This document shows positions 58,827 to 64,000 of a stretch of DNA of 64,000 bases, piece by piece. How positions within the stretch are numbered: position 1 is the stretch's first letter; every line of letters starts with the position of its first letter. Where the stretch lies: the NCBI GenBank assembly GCA_047495785.1, contig JBLDXI010000010.1:434001-498000 (forward strand), given 5' to 3'. A program made the position numbers and the translations under genes. The stretch is from Lepidodermella squamata (lineage: Eukaryota > Animalia > Gastrotricha). The notes under the pieces are model-generated. The model saw nothing but the letters and a program-made list of their open reading frames with translations, did not search any database and was not told the origin of the DNA.

Positions 58827-61372
58827 TCAAAATTTGTGAAAAATCGGATTGCCATGGGGGCACTGAAATGAGGCAAATTGGTTTTTGTTACTATTATCAC
58901 CAGTAACTGACAAAAGCAGTTGATTTAAATACTCTTCGTCCTTTTTCGAGCCAAATTCTTTGTCACTAGATACAACTGAGCTAATGCCCAACATTCGTTC
59001 GACTTCGCCTCGGAAATATTCGATAACAACGCGAGGTCTGCAATTGGCCAATGTTGCTTTCGAGCCCGAACCCGATTGTGAGGCCATCATAGCTTCAACA
59101 ATTTCAGCGACTAATGGTCCAATTCTATCAGGGGTAGTCAGTGAGAATTCTTCAGGTAACTCAGGCGATTGTTCGACTTCGATGTAGCAACTTGACATAG
59201 GCTGACTCCCTAAATTTTCAAGTGAGGAGCTCAGCGATAATTGGCTGCCTGAATTCGAAGAATAAACGCGAAGTTTGAAACCATTAGCCTGAAGCCGCTG
59301 ATCTATGATCGTGTTGAAAAGAGGTGGATTTGACGGTTTTGAAGGCAGATTTCCAAGAAAAGCAAGTTGACTAGCCGTCAAATAGCGACCGAGTGAGAAA
59401 TTATGACCAAGCGATCTTTTAGGAACGTTAACACTAGCCATCATTGAGGCAAATAGAGCAGTTTCACTCAGCCGCTGCGCCGAACAAACAGCTAAGCGAG
59501 ATTTCAAATCGCCGATTTCTTGCCGAAGAATCAGCAAAATGAAGCTGTGACCTCTTGCCAGTTTAAATCTGCCAATTTTCGCCCATTTACCGTCATTAGA
59601 AGTGTTTTTCAGTCGTTTTGGATTAATGAGGGAATGGCGAAGTTTAACCAGCCAATTATTTGAGCCGATACCTTCAGCCTCAACATCAGGTCGGCTCCCA
59701 ACTTTTTCTCTCAGATCGTCGTCAACCAAAATACGCCGTTTCGTCGCCAATTTTTCCGACCGTTTCTGAAGAGCGGCTGCTAATCTCTGACTCAAAGTAG
59801 GCGCTGATGACTCGGGCTCAATAAATATAGAATCTTCGTCGGCTGATTCTTCTTGCGCGTCGATGTCACGTTTTCGATGAGTTTCGTGAAGCTGGGACAA
59901 AGATAAGGCCCAGTTCGAAGTTGCTGGCCTAGCTGCCGGAATTTCTTGCCTTGGCTCGATGATATTCACGGGTTGAATTTGCGGACCTAACGCGCGACCT
60001 CTGCTCCACTCCAAGGCACTGAATCGAGCTGGATTAGGCTGGACGGACTCTTTCTCAAAACCCGCATCGTCTTCAATTTCTTCTTCTTCATCCGTATCCT
60101 CCGAAATTCGATTTCTTTTCTGTTTCTTCTTTTCGATCGCAACTTCAGGGTTCTCCCAGAATTGAACATCGTCCTCTTGAATCGACCTTTTCGGAGCAAT
60201 CCGATTGCTGGACGAAGATAAAACCGGGGTAGAATTCACCGCAACTTCGCTGGTATTACCTGCGATAAGAAATTCTGTGATTGCCTCTTTGATGGCTTCC
60301 AGAATCGGCTCTTTGCCAGTTCCGAAGTAAACTTGCTGTTTAGCCACATCAACGTTCGCATCGAGAGAATTCCTCGGAACTGTTAGTTTCACACAGCCGA
60401 GAGGAAAACCTGACTTCGCATATAGGCCACTCTCCGAATAAGCAGATTTTACGACTGATGTTAAATCTTTGTCGCGAATCGGGCGATTATTCACACAGAT
60501 GAAAAGAGAATCGGAGGATGAGCGGAAAAGCAGAGATTGTCGATCAGCAGATATTCTTCCTCGAGGTAGGTAACATTCCAGGGCGAAACCAGGTTCCCCA
60601 AGCAGCTCGTCCTGTTTGAGAGCGTGGAAATCACTTGCACTAATAAGTGGCCCTCCAATCAGTGCCAAGACGGTGGGAGCTGTAAATCCGCTGGCGGTCT
60701 CCCACAGAGTAGTTGGCGAAGGACTAGCATGTTTCAACGAAATGCGGCAGTTAAGCCGACACAATGAGAGACTAGCAACGATCGCTCGACATTGAGACAA
60801 GGTATCTCGACCACGTTGCTTTGACTTAGCGTAATATTCCCGTCTGACCGGTAATGGTTGAAAAAGTTTGCTGACCAAGACCACAGTTCCGGATTGCATG
60901 GCAACAATACTCGGCGAGCCAAACCTGCGAACTGATCGGTCAAAGACGTACCGTCGCCCGTTTGGTTCTCCGGGACAACAAGTTGCAATAGTGAGCTGAC
61001 CGGCTACAGTGGCGATTGATGCTGCAGAAACGAGAAATTATTTCGAGCAAATCAGGCGAATAGAGAATTACCTAACGCCTCCCCGCGGAAACCATAAGTT
61101 TCGACTTTCCCTTCGACTAAATCCGCAGCTGATTTAGCTTTGGATGTGCAATGATGTTCCCCAATCATTGACATTGAATCTTCAGGAATCCCACATCCAT
61201 TATCGGCTACCTCAATAACGCCGATACCGAAATCTTCCAACTTTATTGTAATTCGAGTGGCGCCTGAATCTAGAGCGTTCTCTGCCAACTCTTTAACAAC
61301 AGAACTTGGACCAACTACAACTTCCGTTGAGCCAATCAAACGAATGCATTCGGCATCTAGCTTGAGCAGCAT
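58827..61372 (-). CDS. PMS1: MutL homolog, PMS1 type (exons 61072-61372 and 58827-61021)
   Basis: GHKL ATPase motifs VVKELAENALDSG, DNGCGI, TYGFRGEAL; PMS1-type WSRG, CRPRVVIEYFRGE and CPHGNP; no DQHA endonuclease motif and no MLH1 FERC end. Confidence 0.85.
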
Positions 61373-62781
61373 CTAGTCGCACTTGGTCTCGGTTAAGTAA
61401 CTCGATGGGATAACAGATAAGTATCCACTAGGAAATATTATAAAAATTCGAGTCAGCTAAAACCTGAAACCTGATAATTGATTATTAGTGGCTATGCTCC
61501 CTAACATAGATAAGCAAATGCGCATAAACAAGTTCAAAGAATTCAATGCGCAATACGAGCTAAAGCTACTAACGCTGCTATGCAAGATAAAACAAGAGGA
61601 CCAACAAACAGCAAAAATTGTAATAAGGGCTGCAATGGTCAAAGAATTTCCTCCCGGTTCAGGCAAATCTGAGGTAACAAACCAGATGAAAAATCAAATG
61701 CGATGAGTATAATGCATAACGAAGCTAGTGTATAATGCGGAGGCAGGGCTTTTCAATTACGCTTACTTATTTATTCGATAATTGAAATGAAATGTCCGCT
61801 GATTCAAACTTCAAACATAATCGCGTAACGGGAACATCGAGAAGGTTGCCATCAAAGCCTGGACTCATGTGGTTTCAGCCCGAGACCCGAGATAAGGAAA
61901 AACAAAACTTGAAAAATCAGCCAACAGTTAACTCTCACAAGTGGCATGATATGTCGCATAAGATTTTCAGTCAGTTTCGCTTGCTTCAAAGCAAAAAAAA
62001 GCTTCACGGTGTTGTTCACAAGATGCGTTTTTGCGTCGAGAAACAGTCGTCACAAGTCAGCAAAGAAAACATAAACACACGTACCACAAAACGTAGCTCG
62101 AAGCTTGCCTTATGCCTTATGCCTTTGCTTGAAACTAAGCCCCACCTCTTACATGCACGGTCAAAATCTCGTCGGCGGGCTTAGAAATGGAAAAAAGTGG
62201 CATCGCGATTTTTTTACTACAATTTGCTTTTCAAATATAATAAATGCTTTTTTGTATCAATCAAACAATTTATAAAACATAAATGGGTTCCTAGACCGCT
62301 ATATTTAATTTCTTTAAATATGTTTTGCGATTTACAGAGGGCATCATTGCGAGTTGAGTCAGCGTTTAAGGGGCTCCGAACCAGAATCGATGCACGAATC
62401 CTTCAGTCACTTCGTTTTAACTTCACAACTCACCGCACTGAAAAGTGTTGGAGAAGACACTCGTAGCAGCTGGTAGCTAGATAGACTTTTAGGACTTACA
62501 ACTGTTGTTAGCAACAAGCAGAATCGCCCTGAAACAATATAGGAATTAACTGCATCAAACATTGCAGCATGATTTGCTCCGATTGTGAAACGTAGAACTT
62601 GAAACCTTGGCGTTTTTATGCAATTAGTTAACTTTCAATGCAATATAGATAAGCCTAAAGCCTAATGCCATTATTGTTTGAATTTTGCTCTAGGGAAGTC
62701 TATAATAGATAATAGGACTAGATTTGGACTAGTTCTATTGCTGCTTAATTTTTAAAGTAATTTGTAGTCTGATTCATCATA
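61373..62781. promoter_or_regulatory. Head-to-head interval likely holding the promoters for the PMS1-led cluster and MOCS3
   Basis: Gene orientation only; no specific motif supported. Confidence 0.35.
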
Positions 62782-64000
62782 ATGGCATCTCTGGAGAACA
62801 TGGTGAGCCGGTATAGCCGACAATTGTTACTCCCTGAAATCGACATTAATGGTCAGAAATCTATGGCCAGCTCTCGAGTGTTGATTGTCGGTTGCGGAGG
62901 GCTCGGCTGTCCTTCTGCACTCTACCTATCTGGTGCTGGGATCGGTCATATCGGACTGTTAGACGGAGACGTTGTAGCTGTCGACAACTTGCATAGACAG
63001 ATTGCTTACAGAGAGGACAATGTGGGCAAGCAAAAGGCAGAAAGCTTGAAAGATGCTATCACACATTTGAATGCAACTGGCGGCCTCACTGTCACTACAC
63101 ACTTGACATTTTTAACGCCCCAAAATGCGGTAGATATTGTGAAAGACTACGACATTGTTCTTGACTGCACGGATAACGTAGCCACTCGTTACCTAATTAA
63201 CGACGCTTGTGTACTTGCGAACAAACCTCTTATTTCTGCAAGTGCTCTGCGTTGGGAGGGCCAATTGACCATATATGACTCGAGGCGCCGCAATGATGTT
63301 AGATCTGGACCCTGCTATCGTTGCTTGTTTCCGGAACCACCACCCGCTGCCGCTGTTGGATCTTGCTCAGCTAATGGCGTTGTAGGGCCGGTCGTTGGGA
63401 CCATGGGTACTTTACAAGCCCTAGAGACCATCAAGTTGATATCTGGCTTGCCGGAAGTTCTGATTGGCCGAATGCTGCTATTCGACGGTCTAACAATGAC
63501 TTTCCGCAATGTTAAACTACGTCAACCTAATCCAGAATGTGCTTTATGTGGTTTAAATCCAAGGATTAATTCTCTAACGGAGCTAAACGCCATTACTGCT
63601 GTTTATTTAAACCCTCCTGCGGCATGCGTTGTCCCTTTGAAACTTATCGACCCTTCTGATCGTTTGTCACCATCAGCTTTTGACGCTTTACGTAAATCGG
63701 CAGAACCATATCTGCTGATTGATGTGCGGCCACGTAATCACTTTGAAATTTTCCACATCGATGGCGCTGTAAGCATTCCACTCAGCGAGATGAATAATCG
63801 GTTCGAAGAGGTACTTGACTTGTGCAAGAAAACTTATACTGACTCATCCAAGGTGCGCGTCATCACTGTATGTCGGCGAGGAAATGATTCTCAACGTGCT
63901 GTGGTAGCGTTGAGGGAAGGTTTGGCCAAGCATGGAGCAAAGGACGTCGTATTGAATGATATTGTGGGAGGTTGCACTGCCTGGAAAGAGCAAATCGACC
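62782..64000 (+). CDS. MOCS3: MOCS3/UBA4 adenylyltransferase-sulfurtransferase (runs off the window end)
   Basis: Open frame not in the ORF track: RYSRQLLL, VLIVGCGGLG, NLHRQ, DCTDNVATRY, PCYRCLFP, rhodanese CRRGNDSQ; intronless within the window. Confidence 0.95.
   Translation, partial: MASLENMVSRYSRQLLLPEIDINGQKSMASSRVLIVGCGGLGCPSALYLSGAGIGHIGLLDGDVVAVDNLHRQIAYREDNVGKQKAESLKDAITHLNATGGLTVTTHLTFLTPQNAVDIVKDYDIVLDCTDNVATRYLINDACVLANKPLISASALRWEGQLTIYDSRRRNDVRSGPCYRCLFPEPPPAAAVGSCSANGVVGPVVGTMGTLQALETIKLISGLPEVLIGRMLLFDGLTMTFRNVKLRQPNPECALCGLNPRINSLTELNAITAVYLNPPAACVVPLKLIDPSDRLSPSAFDALRKSAEPYLLIDVRPRNHFEIFHIDGAVSIPLSEMNNRFEEVLDLCKKTYTDSSKVRVITVCRRGNDSQRAVVALREGLAKHGAKDVVLNDIVGGCTAWKEQID

Noticed and set aside
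61457-62466. Short ORFs between PMS1 and MOCS3
   Set aside because: No recognisable motifs or supported splice structure; likely promoter/UTR sequence, though a small spliced gene cannot be fully excluded.
1-64000. CRISPR arrays, rRNA, tRNA or spliced-leader RNA genes
   Set aside because: No repeat-spacer array, cloverleaf or nematode SL1 leader sequence recognised by eye; a covariance-model scan (tRNAscan-SE/Infernal) would be needed to exclude small RNAs.

Overview
Eukaryotic (metazoan) genomic DNA with short AT-rich GT-AG introns (many about 50-70 nt, often TTTCAG/TTTTAG acceptors). An invertebrate with trans-splicing, possibly a nematode, is inferred but cannot be proven from the window. 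Left to right: a tandem array of four membrane-type UDP-glycosyltransferases (minus strand, 1-9608); an orphan two-exon gene (plus); a minus-strand cluster of orphan ORF, TAF1B/RRN7-like and TAF1C/RRN6-like (two RNA polymerase I core-factor subunits only about 70 bp apart); an HRC-like Cys-rich ER protein (plus); a run of eight tightly packed minus-strand genes (PMS1, an MA3-only CWC22 duplicate, CWC22, COX7A2L-like, a WW-less Salvador-like SARAH protein, a HEAT-repeat protein, a microbial-type cytosine deaminase, KPTN); and MOCS3 (plus, runs off the window). Nearly every gene in the two minus-strand runs has an apparently unpaired splice acceptor just upstream of its ATG, several preceded by AATAAA about 55-115 nt earlier, which is the architecture of trans-spliced operons. 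Large introns are filled with transposon fossils and MITEs while intergenic spacers stay compact. Most interesting: the candidate Pol I factor operon, the intron-bearing FCY1/bacterial-like cytosine deaminase (horizontal transfer candidate) inside the second operon, the intact MA3-only CWC22 paralog made by local duplication, and the rearranged Salvador. All family calls come from recalled motifs, not database searches; splice sites were read by eye.
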